Below the pieces are notes generated by a model. That model did not search any database. It worked only from the letters and a program-made list of their open reading frames with translations, and was not told where the DNA came from. This document shows, one piece after another, positions 24,412 through 36,444 of a stretch of 64,000 nt of DNA; positions within the stretch are counted from its first letter, which is position 1; each line of letters starts with the position of its first letter. The DNA is taken from positions 8,928,001-8,992,000 of the forward strand of contig CM059432.1 of the NCBI GenBank assembly GCA_030390025.1. Direction: 5' to 3'. A program made the position numbers and the translations under genes. The DNA is from Squalus acanthias (Eukaryota).

Positions 24412-25147
24412 GGGCTCGAGTTTCCGCTCGTTTCCGCCGCTAATATCAGCGCAATCCAGGCTAAATCGGCCGAACCGCCTCAAAAGAGCGGGGAATTTGA
24501 AACGGAAGTGGGTTACGCCCAAAACCACTGACGCGCGTGCTTGCCGCAATCTTTTCCGCTGGTTCAAGCTTCAATTCGCCCGGATCAGGCCCCGCCCACA
24601 AAACCGGCCAGGTGGACATTGTCAGATTCCGCCGATAGCGCTAGTTCGGGAAGGCTCTTCAAACTGCGCTCACTTTCCGAGGCGCACAGGCTCCATTCGG
24701 CACGTTTTAAAAGTTTTTCATCTCAAAAAGTATTCCATTTACTCAGAAAACTGACTCATGTACACCAGCGAAACTATTAAGTGGTTCAGTACAAATTTTT
24801 TAAAGTAATTTTCAGTCATTTGAAATCAGGTTACTCACAGGTGGTGGACTGGACACTCTGATTACAAAGGCTTATTTTTGGTGATAAACCCACTTTCAGC
24901 TGTAATAATAGAGCTGCACCAGGTTACCGCTCTTAAACACATCCAGGAATACTTTTTAATGGCGAGAAAAATAAAGAAACGATCGCGTTCTATTACGCTG
25001 CCCGACTGCGCTGGTTCACGGAGGATTTTACGTTTGTGATTGTGCAAATGAATTTTACCAGAAACTTCAACTGTAACCTAGTCGGCGCAACTCCCAGTGC
25101 ATTTTGGGCGCAGTTTCCCGACTGCGCCCCAAGCGGAAACTCTACTC
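24412..25147. mobile_element. About 740-bp non-autonomous DNA transposon (Harbinger-like MITE); related copy in opposite orientation at about 52496..53222
   Basis: Imperfect TIRs (gggctcgagtttccgct / agcggaaactctactc). The termini of the 52.5-kb copy are diverged reverse complements of these. TSD not clear. Confidence 0.55.
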
Positions 25148-25439
25148 TGCTGTTGTCAAAGGGAGAGCGGTCCTGTGTCTTTATTTGTGCCGGGAGCTGT
25201 TTGCTTTGCCGTGCTCCACGGCTATCATTAGTGCCCTAAAACGGATTCTCAATCTCCAGTTTGCCTACTTTCTCCTTATTGCCTAATTAGTGCATGCTAA
25301 GAACCTAATTAAATTTAATTTGCTTGTGTTTGCTTATTTGTTTGATACATAATACATTCCTAGTAGCATGCGCTGCTGAATATGGATCTCTGAGACTGAT
25401 GGAGTCACACTTTGCTTAATCGCCTTTCCTCCTTTTCAG

Positions 25440-25627
25440 AGCTATACCACTTTGCCGTGCTGGAATCGGCCAGTATTGAGTCTACTGTCGGGAGGATAAT
25501 GGCTACAGATGTCGATACTGGACAAAATGCAGAAATGAACTACACAGTCGTAGCTGCTGATGGTTCAGATTCATTTGGCATATTTACAGATAGCGAGACT
25601 CAGGAAGGGGTCATCGTAGTGAAGAAG
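25440..25627 (+). CDS. cdh19: Type II cadherin coding exon, EC3 N-half
   Basis: ttttcag|AGCTA...AAGAAG|gttcgg; 188 nt, phase 1-0. (K)LYHFAVLESASIESTVGRIMATDVDTGQNAEMNYTVVAADGSDSFGIFTDSETQEGVIVVKK. Confidence 0.92.
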
Positions 25628-25754
25628 GTTCGGTTTAACAGGCTTATTCTGGGATTTTTTTTTTCTGAATCTTCTCTTTCTGCACTAAGAATTTCAGAAA
25701 TTCAACTTCGCTCTTCGTCTTTAAAGAGATGCGTATAAAATTCGTATATGGAAC

Positions 25755-26290
25755 ATGTAAGATTCTGGGGGGGCTTGACAAGGTAGATGCTGAGAGGCTG
25801 TTTCCCCTGGCTGGAGAGTCTAGAACTAGGGGGTCATAGTCTCAGGCAATGTTCCCCCTATTTTTTTTTTGGGTGCACGGTCCCTTTAACGGACTACACG
25901 GCCCATTCAAAATTTTGCGCATATGCACAATGTCCCATTGAAAAGCCGGCGATCGGCCTGTGCGGGACCTTAGACAGCTGCTTAAGGGGAGCATTGGTCT
26001 CAGGATAAGGGGTCGGCCATGCAGGACTGAGATGAGGAGGAATTTCTTCACTCAGAGGGTGGTGAATCTTTGGAATTCTCTGCCCCAGAGGGCTGTGGAG
26101 GCTCAGTCGTTGAGTATATTCAAGGCAGAGGTCGATAAATTTTTGGATATTACGGAAATCAAGGGATTATGCGGATAGTGCGGGAAAGTGGAGTTGAGGT
26201 CGAAGATCAGCCATGATCTTATTGAATGGCGGAGCAGGCTCGAGGGGCCGAATGGCCGACTCCTGCTCCTATTTCTTATGTTCTTATGTT
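25755..26290 (+). mobile_element. CR1 3' fragment interrupted by a MITE
   Basis: CR1 sequence is continuous across 25846/25997 once the insert is removed. Confidence 0.85.
25847..25996. mobile_element. 150-bp hAT-type MITE
   Basis: TIR CAATGTTCCCC / GGGGAGCATTG; perfect 8-bp TSD GTCTCAGG (25839..25846 and 25997..26004). Confidence 0.85.
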
Positions 26291-26589
26291 AGGTGACGTT
26301 GATGTCATAATCTGTGGTATATGAGATAAATGTTCAGAACCAAAACTTAAACCATAGAAAACCAAAGTGGCCTATTAGCTCAAGTGTTGAGCAGTGGGCT
26401 TGAGTTCATCTCAAAAGGCTTCAGCTCACTCAAACACCAATAAGAATAAAATAATGTATGGAAAAAAATAAAAACTAATCCAGGCCAAGTACAATGTGGC
26501 CAGCTAGGGACTTCCCCTCACTGATTTATATGTTTCTGATGCATTATCTATTTCCACAAACCCAGTGATTCAAGAACCATTGACTTATC

Positions 26590-27430
26590 ATAGAATCATA
26601 GAATCGTACAGCACAAAAGGCAGCCATTCAGCCCATCGAGTCTGTGCCGGCTCTTTGAAAGAGCTATTTAATTAGTCCCACTCTCCCCGCTCTTTCCCCC
26701 ATAACCCTGCAAAATTTCCTTTTCAAGTATTTATCTAATTCCCTTCTGAAAGTCACTATTGAATCTGCTTCCACCGCCCTTTCAGGCAGCGCATTCCAGA
26801 TCACAACAACTCGCTGCGTTAAAAAAAATGTTTCCTCATCTCACCTCTGGTTCTTTTGGCAATGACCTTAAATTGGCCTCGGAGGGAGTGCAATGTAGGT
26901 TTACCAGAATGATACCTAGACTTCAAGGGTTAAGTTACGAGGAGAGATTACTCAAATTAGGGTTGTATTCTCTAGAATTTAGAAGGTTAAGAGGTGATCT
27001 GATCGTAGTTTTCAGGATATTAAGGGGAACAGATAGGGTAGATAGAGAGAAACTATTTCCGCTGGTTGGGGATTCTAGGACTAGGGGCATAGTCTAAAAA
27101 TTAGAGCCAGACCTTTCAGGACTGAAATTAGGAAACACTTCTACACACAAAGGGTGGTAGAAGTCTGGAACTCTCTTCTGCAAATGGCAATTGATGCTAG
27201 ATCAATTGTTAATTTTAAATCTGAGATTGATAGATTTTTGTTAACCAAAGGTATTAAGGGATATGGGCCAAAGGCAAGTATATGGAGTTAGGTCACAGAT
27301 CAGCCATGATCTCATTGACAAACAGGCTCAAGGGGCTGAATGGCCCCCTCCTGTCCCTATGTTCCTTCCTGTGTCCTCTGGTTACCGACCCTCCTGCCAA
27401 TGGAGCCAGTTACTCCCTATGTACTCTATC
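26590..27430. mobile_element. CR1 (-) interrupted by CR1 (+, about 26873..27368)
   Basis: Minus-strand CR1 breaks at ...ccttaaat and resumes at ctgtgtcctctggttaccgacc. Confidence 0.75.
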
Positions 27431-28289
27431 AAGTATTCAAGTATGAAAGTTCACTAATGTCCTTTCGGGAAGAAAATCTGTCTGGCCTATATGTAACTCC
27501 AAACCCACAGCAATGTGTGTGACTCTTAACTGCCCCTCTGAAATGGCCTAGCAAGCCACTCAGTTGTATCTAACCACTCGGAAAAACAATAAGAATAAAA
27601 CTGGACGGACCACCCGGCATCGACCTCGGAACAGCACTGTGTGAGAGTCCCTTCACCTCACGCACTGCAGCGGTTCAAGAAGGCGGCTCACCACCACCTT
27701 CTCAAGGGCAATTAGGGATTGGCAATAAATGCTGGCCTTGCCAACGACGCCCACATCCCATGAATGAATAAAAAAAATGTTCCATGGAGTATTTGATCTC
27801 TATCTACAACTCATCTTTTTAACACCTTCAATCACGTTCTTGACCATATATTTATCCGGTCTACTTTAAAGAATTGAATCAACGCAGTAGCAATACAGAT
27901 GTGACTCAGTTGGTAGTGTGTCTTTGATTAGGTGCACAATTGAGTGCAATTAAATTGAGTGCATATGCAAGTGGGGAAAGGTAAGAATTTATCATATATT
28001 TGTGCATGTGCATAACCAGAAACTGATATCATCTAATGTCCCCCACTGTACTGGCACCTTCTACCTGGCATTCAGCAAGGAGAAAATTCATGATAATTGT
28101 GTGCATCCTCCTTATTAAAACCTGATATGTGAGAGAATGCAACGAGAGGGTGGGATAAGAAAAAGAACACTATTCAGTCTAGTAGTCCAGCAATTATATG
28201 CCTGACTTCCTAGTCAGGGACGTCTGTCGCTCAAATCTGCCCAGCGCTGTTGAGATGAATTTTATTCATTTTCAACTGTAGCGTGAGGT

Positions 28290-29090
28290 GGAACAGCTCA
28301 GGAATTTGAATTCAGTATCATAAAGACTTGCTAATAAAAAGCTGGTATCCGTAAACGTGACCATGAAGCTGCTGAATTGTCATAAAAAACCCAACTAGTT
28401 TACTAATGCCTTTTAGTTCCTGGGATGGGGGGATTGTCCTACGAGGAGAGATTGAGTAGACTAGGCCTATATTCTCTAGAGTTTAGTTGAATTAGAGGTG
28501 ATCTCGTTGAAACATACAAAATTCTTACAGGGCTGGACAGGGTAGAAGCAGGGAGGATGTTTCCCCTGGCTGGGGAGTCTAGAACCAGGGGTCACAGTCT
28601 CAGAATAAGGGGTCGGCCATTTAGGACTGAGATGAGGAGAAATTTCTTCACTCAGAGGGTGGTGAATCTTTGGAATTCTCTACTCCAGAGGGCTGTGGAG
28701 ACCCAGTCGTTGAGTATATTCAAAACAGAGATCGATAGATTTTTGAATATTAAGGGAATCAAGGGATATGGGGATAGTTCAGGAAAGTGGAGATGAGGTA
28801 GAAGATCAGCCATGATCTTATTGAATGGCGGAGCAGGCTCAAGGGGCCGAATGGCCGACTCCTGCTCCTATTTCTTATGTTCTTATGTTCTTAGGGAAGG
28901 AAATCTTGCCGTCCTTACCTGGTCTGGGCCTACATGTGACTCCAGTCCCACACTAATGTGGTTGTCTCTTAACTGCCCTCTTTAGCGGAGTAACGAGCCA
29001 CTCAACTATATCAAATTCAGGGCAACTCGGGATGACCAATAAATGTCAGCCTTACCAGCGACACTCACATCCCGAGAATGAATTTTAAAT
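28290..29090 (+). mobile_element. Family-B SINE-like element interrupted by CR1 (about 28417..28890)
   Basis: ctaatgccttttag|CR1 (ORF 28557..28796)|ttagggaaggaaatc; ttag is duplicated at the junctions. Confidence 0.78.
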
Positions 29091-29260
29091 AAAAGGACCA
29101 AACTAGTTAAAAGTCTAAATATGCGCCAACTGATTGATCAGGTAGCGCGATTATTGGCAAGCGATCTGTCTTGGAGCACAAGACTGATCAATAACCTAAC
29201 TTTTTTTTTGAACGAGCAATGAATAATGGATAACAGAACCGTGTCTGTGCTTTTCCGCAG

Positions 29261-29514
29261 CCACTGGACTATGAGAGCAAAAGGAGATTTAGCGTCAGAG
29301 TGGAGGCAATCAACAAATACATTGATCCGCGACTCCTCCACCTCGAACCATTTAAAGATGTCACAAACGTCAAAATCAATGTGCGCGACGTCGATGAGCC
29401 GCCGCTCTTTATCGCTCCTGAATACGTTTTCAAGGTTCAAGAAAACAGAGAAGCTGGTGCCTTTGTCGGAGAGGTGACTGCAAGGGACCCAGATATAGCA
29501 AACAATCCAATCAG
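29261..29514 (+). CDS. cdh19: Type II cadherin coding exon, EC3 C-half and EC4 start
   Basis: ccgcag|CCACTG...ATCAG|gtacac; 254 nt, phase 0-2. PLDYESKRRFSVRVEAINKYIDPRLLHLEPFKDVTNVKINVRDVDEPPLFIAPEYVFKVQENREAGAFVGEVTARDPDIANNPI(R). Confidence 0.93.
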
Positions 29515-30499
29515 GTACACGACGTTTAAGCGACAGAGCTGATTGCCAATTCTGTTAAACAGTGTGGAAACGTCTCCTCCACCCAGTACTGATTGCGATA
29601 CCCTGCTGTCGTTCTGACAACGGAAAGAAAATTGCATACTTAAGCCGTGCTATTAGGTTCCTTTAAACAATATAAAAAATTCAAGCCGGTGAAAATGGTT
29701 GGTACGAACAGCTGAACGGTTAAAGTGGGCGACCATTATTAGCTTTCATTATGTTTCCACGTTATGCTTAATGGGCTTTCAAAATTTTCGCTAAAAAATG
29801 ATTGACTTCCAAGTGTCTCATTACTTATTCATTACTGACATGATTGCTCTGATGTTTCTCCTCGTAGTTCACTTCTTCTGGCATTAGCTGCTGCTGCTGT
29901 GGGCATATTCAGATGTAATGTGTCAAACCCATCTCTCTAAATCAATAGCATTCTGGTGTCAATATTACAGCAAGCAAGACAGAAATATTAGCAGTTGTTT
30001 TTTCCCACAAGCGTGCGACAGCTTTCTGGTGATAGTTGTGCACACATCAAAGCCGAGCCAAATGTATGCCTTTTTCCAGCTCCACCGAGTGTTAATTTAC
30101 TGTTGATGGACATTTAAGCGAGTGTATAATATCACAGATAGAACTGATTGTGAAATGCCTCATGTGACTCAAGAGTAAACACAAAAAACTTAAGAATTAG
30201 GAGCATAAGAACATAGAACACAAGAAATAGGAGCAGGAGTAGGCCAATTGGCCCCTCGAGCCTGCTCCACCATTCAATAAGATCATGGCTGATCTGATCC
30301 TAACCGCCAATCTACTATCACAGAACCATCTCCTGAACCTAACAGAATTGGACACATGAAATAGGAGCAGGATCAGGCTCCACGGCCATGACCGATCCGA
30401 ACCTAGACTCATGTCCAAATTCCTGCCCGCTCCCCGTAACCCTTAATTCCCTTTACTTCTAGGAAACTGTCTATTTCTGTTTTAAATTTATGTAATGAT

Positions 30500-32280
30500 A
30501 CATAAGCAGGAGTAGGCCGTTCGACCCTTCGAGCCTGCTCCGCCATTCAATAAGATCATGGCTGATCTTCGACCTCAACTCCACTTTCCCGCCCGATCCC
30601 CATATCCTTTGATTCCCTGAGAGTCAAAAAATGTATCGATCTCTGTCTTGAATATACTCAACGACTGAGCCTCCACAGCCCTCTGGGGTAGAGAATTCCA
30701 AAGATTCATCACCCTCTGAGTGAAGAAATTTCTCCTCATCTCAGTCCTAAATGGCCGACCCCTTATTCTGAGACTCTGACCCCCTGGTTCTGGACTCCCC
30801 AGCCAGGGGAAACATCCTCCCTGCATCTACCCTGTCAAGCCCTGTAAGAATTTTATACGTTTCAAAGCAGGGTGTGGATTCGATGGTGGAGCAAGCAATA
30901 GCTCAAAATAAAGAGTATTTAGTATTGAGTAAGCCCAGGCATCAGCAGGGAGGCACAGGCCTGAGAGACATCTCCCAAAATAAAAGAACTTGTCACAAAG
31001 GGCATGAATGGTTCAACAATGATCTGTGACACCAAGGAAAAGATGATGTTTATGAGCCAATGGAGGAGGAATTGACACGATCCAGTTACAGTGAAGTGGC
31101 TGAACTGAAGCTTAAAAGCCTAGACAGTGTAAATGCCAAAATGGGAGACATTTAGAAGAATGAGAGGAGATCTCATTGAAACTTATAAAATTCTAACAGG
31201 GCTAGACAGACTGGATGCAGGAAGGATGTTCCCGATGGCGGGTGAGTCCAGAACAAGAGGTCACAGTCTAAGGATAAGGGGTAAGCCATTTAGGACTGAG
31301 ATGAGGAGGAATTTCTTCACCCAGAGAGTGGTGAACCTGTGGAATTCTCTACCACAGAAGGCAGTTGAGGCCAAGTCAGTAAATATATTCAAGAAGGAGT
31401 TAGATATATTTCTTAAGGCTAAAGGTATCAAGGGATATGGGGAGAAGGCAGGGACAGGGTACTGAGTTTGGATGATCAGCCATGATCTCATCGAATGGCG
31501 GAGCAGGCTCGAGGGGCCGAATGGCCTACTCCTGCTTCTATCTTCTATGTTTCTATGTTTCTATGACATTGGCACTGTCACTGCTGAGTTTCATCTAAAT
31601 GTATGGCATCTTTATGTTTCTGACATTATGGAGTAAATACATTAAACTCTACATATATGGAGTTAGGTGAAGGATCAGCCATGATCTAATTGAGTGGTGA
31701 AACAGGCTCAAGGGGCTAAATGGCCGACTCCTGGTCCTATGTTCCTACAAATGCACACATCATTCCTTACATTTATGCCCCCTTGTCCTGGACCCTCCCA
31801 CAAGTGGAAACAATTTCTCCACGTCATCCCTATCGGACCCCTTCATAATATGAAAGACTTCTATCAGGTCTCCTCTTCGTCTTCCCTTTTCCAGCTCCAC
31901 AGCTCTCTGGGGCAGAGAATTACACAGATTTACGACCCTCTGAGAGAAGAAATTCCTCCTCATCTCCGTTTTAAATGGGCGACCCTTTATTCTGAAACTA
32001 TACCCCCTAGTTCTAGATACCCCCACTAGGGGAAACATCCTCTCAGCATCTACCTTGTCGCGCCCCCTCAGAATCTTATACGTTTCAATAAAATCACCTC
32101 TCATTCTTCTAAACTCCAATGAGTATAGGCCCAACCTGCTCAACCTTTCTTCATAAGACAACCCCTTCATCTCAGGAATCAACCTCGTGAACCTTCTCTG
32201 AACTGCCTCCAATGCAAGTATATCCCTCCTTAAATAAGGAGACCAAAACTGTACGCAGTACTCCAGGTGTGGTCTCACCA
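30500..32280. mobile_element. Cluster of CR1 3' fragments: 30500..30865 (-), 31150..31565 (+), 31770..32280 (-)
   Basis: ORFs 30575..30826, 31133..31465 and 31760..32314 are all CR1 ORF2 C-termini. Confidence 0.82.
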
Positions 32281-33164
32281 ATATCGCCCCTTTCACGACC
32301 TCAGGACGTCCCAAAGCACTTTACGGCCAATGAAGTACATATGAAGTGCAGTCACTGTTGTAATGCAGGAGAGGCGGCAGCCAATTTACACACAGCAAGA
32401 TCCCACAAACAGCAATGCGATAATGGCCGGTGTTGGCCGAGGGATAAATATTGGTCAGCACAACGGGAAGATCTCCCCTGCCTCGGTTTAATGTTTCATC
32501 CAAAATAGGGCACCTCCAACAGTGCAGCACGCCCACAGTACCGCACCGCAGGCCTCAAATTTTTGTACTCAGTTCTCCTAGACTGGGACTTGAACCCACA
32601 ACCTTCTATGAAACTCAGAAAGGTGAGAGTGCTACCCACTGAGCCATGGCTGACAACTATTAGCAACAACGTATTATTAAAAAAGTACCAAAGCTCTGGG
32701 AAAAGGATTATGGGGTTGAACTTGTGCACTTCAATTTATTCACAATTTGGTCAAACGCATATTTTGTATCTCGGAGTGTTCAGGGGTTGATTCACTCATG
32801 TGCGATTCTATTATGTTCCACATTCAAAGATTAAATTGGGCTACTTGCCAGAAAGTAGGTATTGGTGCGTGACTCAGAATGGAATGCCCTCCTTGAGAGG
32901 CCATGCTATTTTGGAAACTATAGCCGATGGATCCACTGAAAAATGATATTGATATATTTATTGGGGATTGTTGGGTCTATTATGGGGAGCTGAAGCTCCG
33001 CAGTGTTTGTACGCAATGATTCTGTCATTGTTGTTCTTTTATTTTTATTTTTAGCATATTATGATTCAAAAGCGCAGAGGTTGTGCAAGTATCGGTGCTG
33101 GGAGGATAAAAGCCGATGTCAGCTTGCCAAAGTCATAGACCCCCCCCATACACATAGAGCCGTC

Positions 33165-33317
33165 GGCCTAGAAATCCGTCTCGGACGGTGGCACAAAACG
33201 GTATCAGATCAGCCGCCCGTTAGAGGCAGCCCCTGATATTACGGCGCTGTGTATAACAGGCGGTCGATTTGATTACCGCCTGTTTTTGCGAAACGGCCCG
33301 AGATGAATTTCTTAGCC
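33165..33317. mobile_element. Short Harbinger-like MITE; second copy at 43507..43642
   Basis: TIR ggcctagaaatccgtctcgg / ccgagatgaatttcttagcc. The copy at 43507 has ggcctagaaattcatcttgg / ccggagacgaatttctagccc. Confidence 0.65.
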
Positions 33318-35734
33318 ATTGTATCTTGCAGCACAGAAGGAGGCTATTCGGCCCGTTGTGCCTGTGCCGGCTCTTTGAAGGAGCCGTCCAATTTAGACCC
33401 ACACCCCAGCTTTCTCCCCACAAACCTGCAAATTAGTTCCCTTCAGGTACTTGCAGAGAAAGAAGGAAAGAAAGGACTTGCATTTCTATAGCGCCTTTCA
33501 CGATCTCAGGACGTCCCAAAGCGCTTTGCAGCCAATGAAGTACTTTTTGAAGTGTAGTCGCTGTTGTAATGTAGGGAAACGCGGCAGCCAATTTGTGCAC
33601 AGCAAGCTCCCACAAACAGCAGTGCGATAATTACCAGACAATCTGTTTTAGTGATATTAGTTGAGGGATAAATATTGGCCAGGACACCGGGGAGAACACC
33701 GCTGCCGTTTTTGTCATTCTTATTTCCTTCTCTATTGGGATGTGGGCGTCGCTGGCAAGGCCAGCATTTATTGCCCATCCCTAATTGCCCTTGAGAAGGT
33801 GGTGGTGGGCCTTATTCTTGAACCGCTGCAGTCCGTGTGGTGAGGATGCTCCCACTGTGCTGTTAGCGAGGGAGTTCCAGGATTTTGACCCAGCGACGAT
33901 GAAGGAACGGCCGATATACTTCCAAGTCAGGATGTTGTGTGACTTGGAGGGGATGATCGAGGTGATGGTGTTCCCATGCGCCTGCTGCCATTGACCTTCT
34001 AGCTGGTAGCGGTCACAGCTGTGGGAGATGCGGTTGAAGAAGCCTTGACTCTTTGGCCAGAGAGCTGAGATGTCAGGACCATGGTGCTTCCAATATGTTT
34101 GCTTCGCTTTTCAGAAGACATTCTGAAGCTTTATAAATCACTGGTTGGGCCTCAGCTGGAGTACTGAGTTCAATTCCGGGCACCACACCTTAGAGAGGGT
34201 GCAAAAGAGATTTACTAGAATGGTAACCAGGGATGAGGGACTTCAGTTATGTGGAGAGACTGGAGAAGCTGGGGTTGTTATCCTTCGAGCAGAGAAGGTT
34301 AAGAGGAGATTTAATAGAGGTGTTCAAAATCATGATAGAGTAAATAAGGAGGAACTGTTTCCAGTGGCAGCAGGATCGGTAACCAGAGGACGCAGATTTA
34401 AGGTGATCAGCGAAAGAACCAGAGCCGACACGAGGAAACATTTTTTTACACAGTGAGTTGTTGTGATCTGGAATGCGCTGCCTGAAAGGGTGGAGAAAGC
34501 AGATTCAGTAGTACCATTCAAAAGGGAATTTGATAAACATTTGAAGGGAATTTTTTTTCAGGGTCATGGGGAATGTGCGGGGGAGTGGGACTAATTGGAT
34601 AGTTCTACCAAAGAGCCGGCGCAGGCACGATGGGCTGAATGGCCTCCTTCTGTGCTGTGTCATTCTATAATTCTATGATTACTCCTGTAATAGAATCAGA
34701 TGTCTATTGTTACTGCACTGTATTAAAAGATAGGGACTAATAAGTTGCCAGCAAGGGCTATTAGGTACTCGGAGAGCTTCTGCTGTGAGCTTATTTTGGG
34801 CATTTTCTTTGAGAAATGAGCCATTTGGCCCATTGAGCCTGTGCGACCATTTTTTTAAAGCCATGCCAACCCTTTAAAACCCAACACTTTGCCATTTCTC
34901 CGGACCGGTCGGCCTCTGGGCTGCTGCAACATTGCGCTGGCCTGGAGCTGGTCAGCTGCTGCGGAGCGCCCATTGTGTACCCGCAGCCTGCCAATCGTAG
35001 TGAGGTAGTGAGGCCTAGCCCTCAAAATGGACCTGAACTTCAGTCGGCACGGTCGAGCAGCCAGAAACCCTCCGCCAGTCAGTCACCCCATTAGATTTTT
35101 GTTGGGCAAGGGTATTAAGGGTTATGGAACCAAGGTGGCAGCATAGTGGTTATGTTACTGGACTAGTAATCCAGAGGCCTAGATTAATGATCTAGAGACA
35201 TGAGTTCAAATCCCACCACAGGCAGCTGGGGAATTTAAATTCAATTAATTAAATTAATCTGAAACTAGTATCAGTAATGGTGACCATGAAACTACCAGAT
35301 TGTCGTAAAAACCCATCTGGTTCACTAATGTTCTTTAAGGAAGGAAATCTGCTGCCCTTACCCGGTCTGGCCTATATGTGGTTGACTCTTAACTGCCCTC
35401 TGCGGTTCAAGGAGGCGGCTCACCACCACCTTCTCGAGGGCAATTAGGGATGGGCAATAAATGCTGGCCTTGCCAGCGACGCCCACATCCCATGAAAGAA
35501 TTTAAAAAAAGACGGTGTTAAGAAACAGATCATCTAAGTGAAATGGCGGTACAGGCTCGAGTGGCTGTATGGCCTACTCCTGTGCCTACATTATTTAAGA
35601 TCTACCCCCTATCTCTTGTGATGAGAAAAGCGCAGGAACAGGAAAATGCTGGACTCAGAAAGGCAGGCGGAGGGATAATTAGGAGGAATGCTACAATCTA
35701 TCCAGCCAAAATTTAGCACAGACTTTGAGTTGCT

Positions 35735-36270
35735 CACATATACTTGCATTGGAGGCAATACAGAGAAGGTTCACGAGGTTGATTCCTGAGATGAAGGGGT
35801 TGACTTATGAAGAAAAGTTGAGCAGGTTGGGCGTTTATTCATTGGAGTTTAGAAGAATGAGAGGTGATCTTATTGAAACATACAAGATTCTGAGGGGGCT
35901 CGACAGGGGGGATGCTGAGAAGATGTTTCCCCTAGTGGGGGAATCTAGAACTAGGGGGCATAGTTTCAGAATAAGGGGTCGCCCATTTAAGACGGAGATG
36001 AGGAGGAATTTCTTCTCTCAGAGGGTCGTGAATCTTTGGAATTCTCTACCCCAGAGAGCTGTGGAGGCTGAGTCATTGAATATATTCAAGGCTGAGATAG
36101 ACAGATTTTTGAAAAACAGGGGAATCAAGAGTTATGGGGAACGGGCAGGAAAGTGGAGTCGAGGCCAAGATCAGATCAGCCATGATCTTATTGAATGGCG
36201 GAGCAGGCTAGAGGGGCTGAATGGCCTACTCCTGCTCCTAGATTCTATGTTTCTCTATGTTTCTATGTTC
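35735..36270 (+). mobile_element. CR1 3' fragment
   Basis: ORF 35725..36282 is a CR1 ORF2 C-terminus; (ttctatgt)n tail. Confidence 0.88.
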
Positions 36271-36444
36271 TCTGTAATCTAATAAGTTAATAGTTTTAAG
36301 AGGACAAAGCTGTAGAAAGCCAAATGCAGTTTCTTTAACAAAAGCAGAATACTGCAGATGCTGGACATCTGAAATAAAAGCAAAAAACTGCTGGAAACGC
36401 TCAGCAGGACAGGCGGCATCTGTGGAGAGAGAAACAGAGTTAAC

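Noticed and set aside
25628..25738. Read-through isoform past the weak donor AAG|gttcgg (likewise GGTGAGTAG after 50684)
   Set aside because: Exon sizes and phases fit canonical splicing; nothing in the sequence alone supports intron retention.
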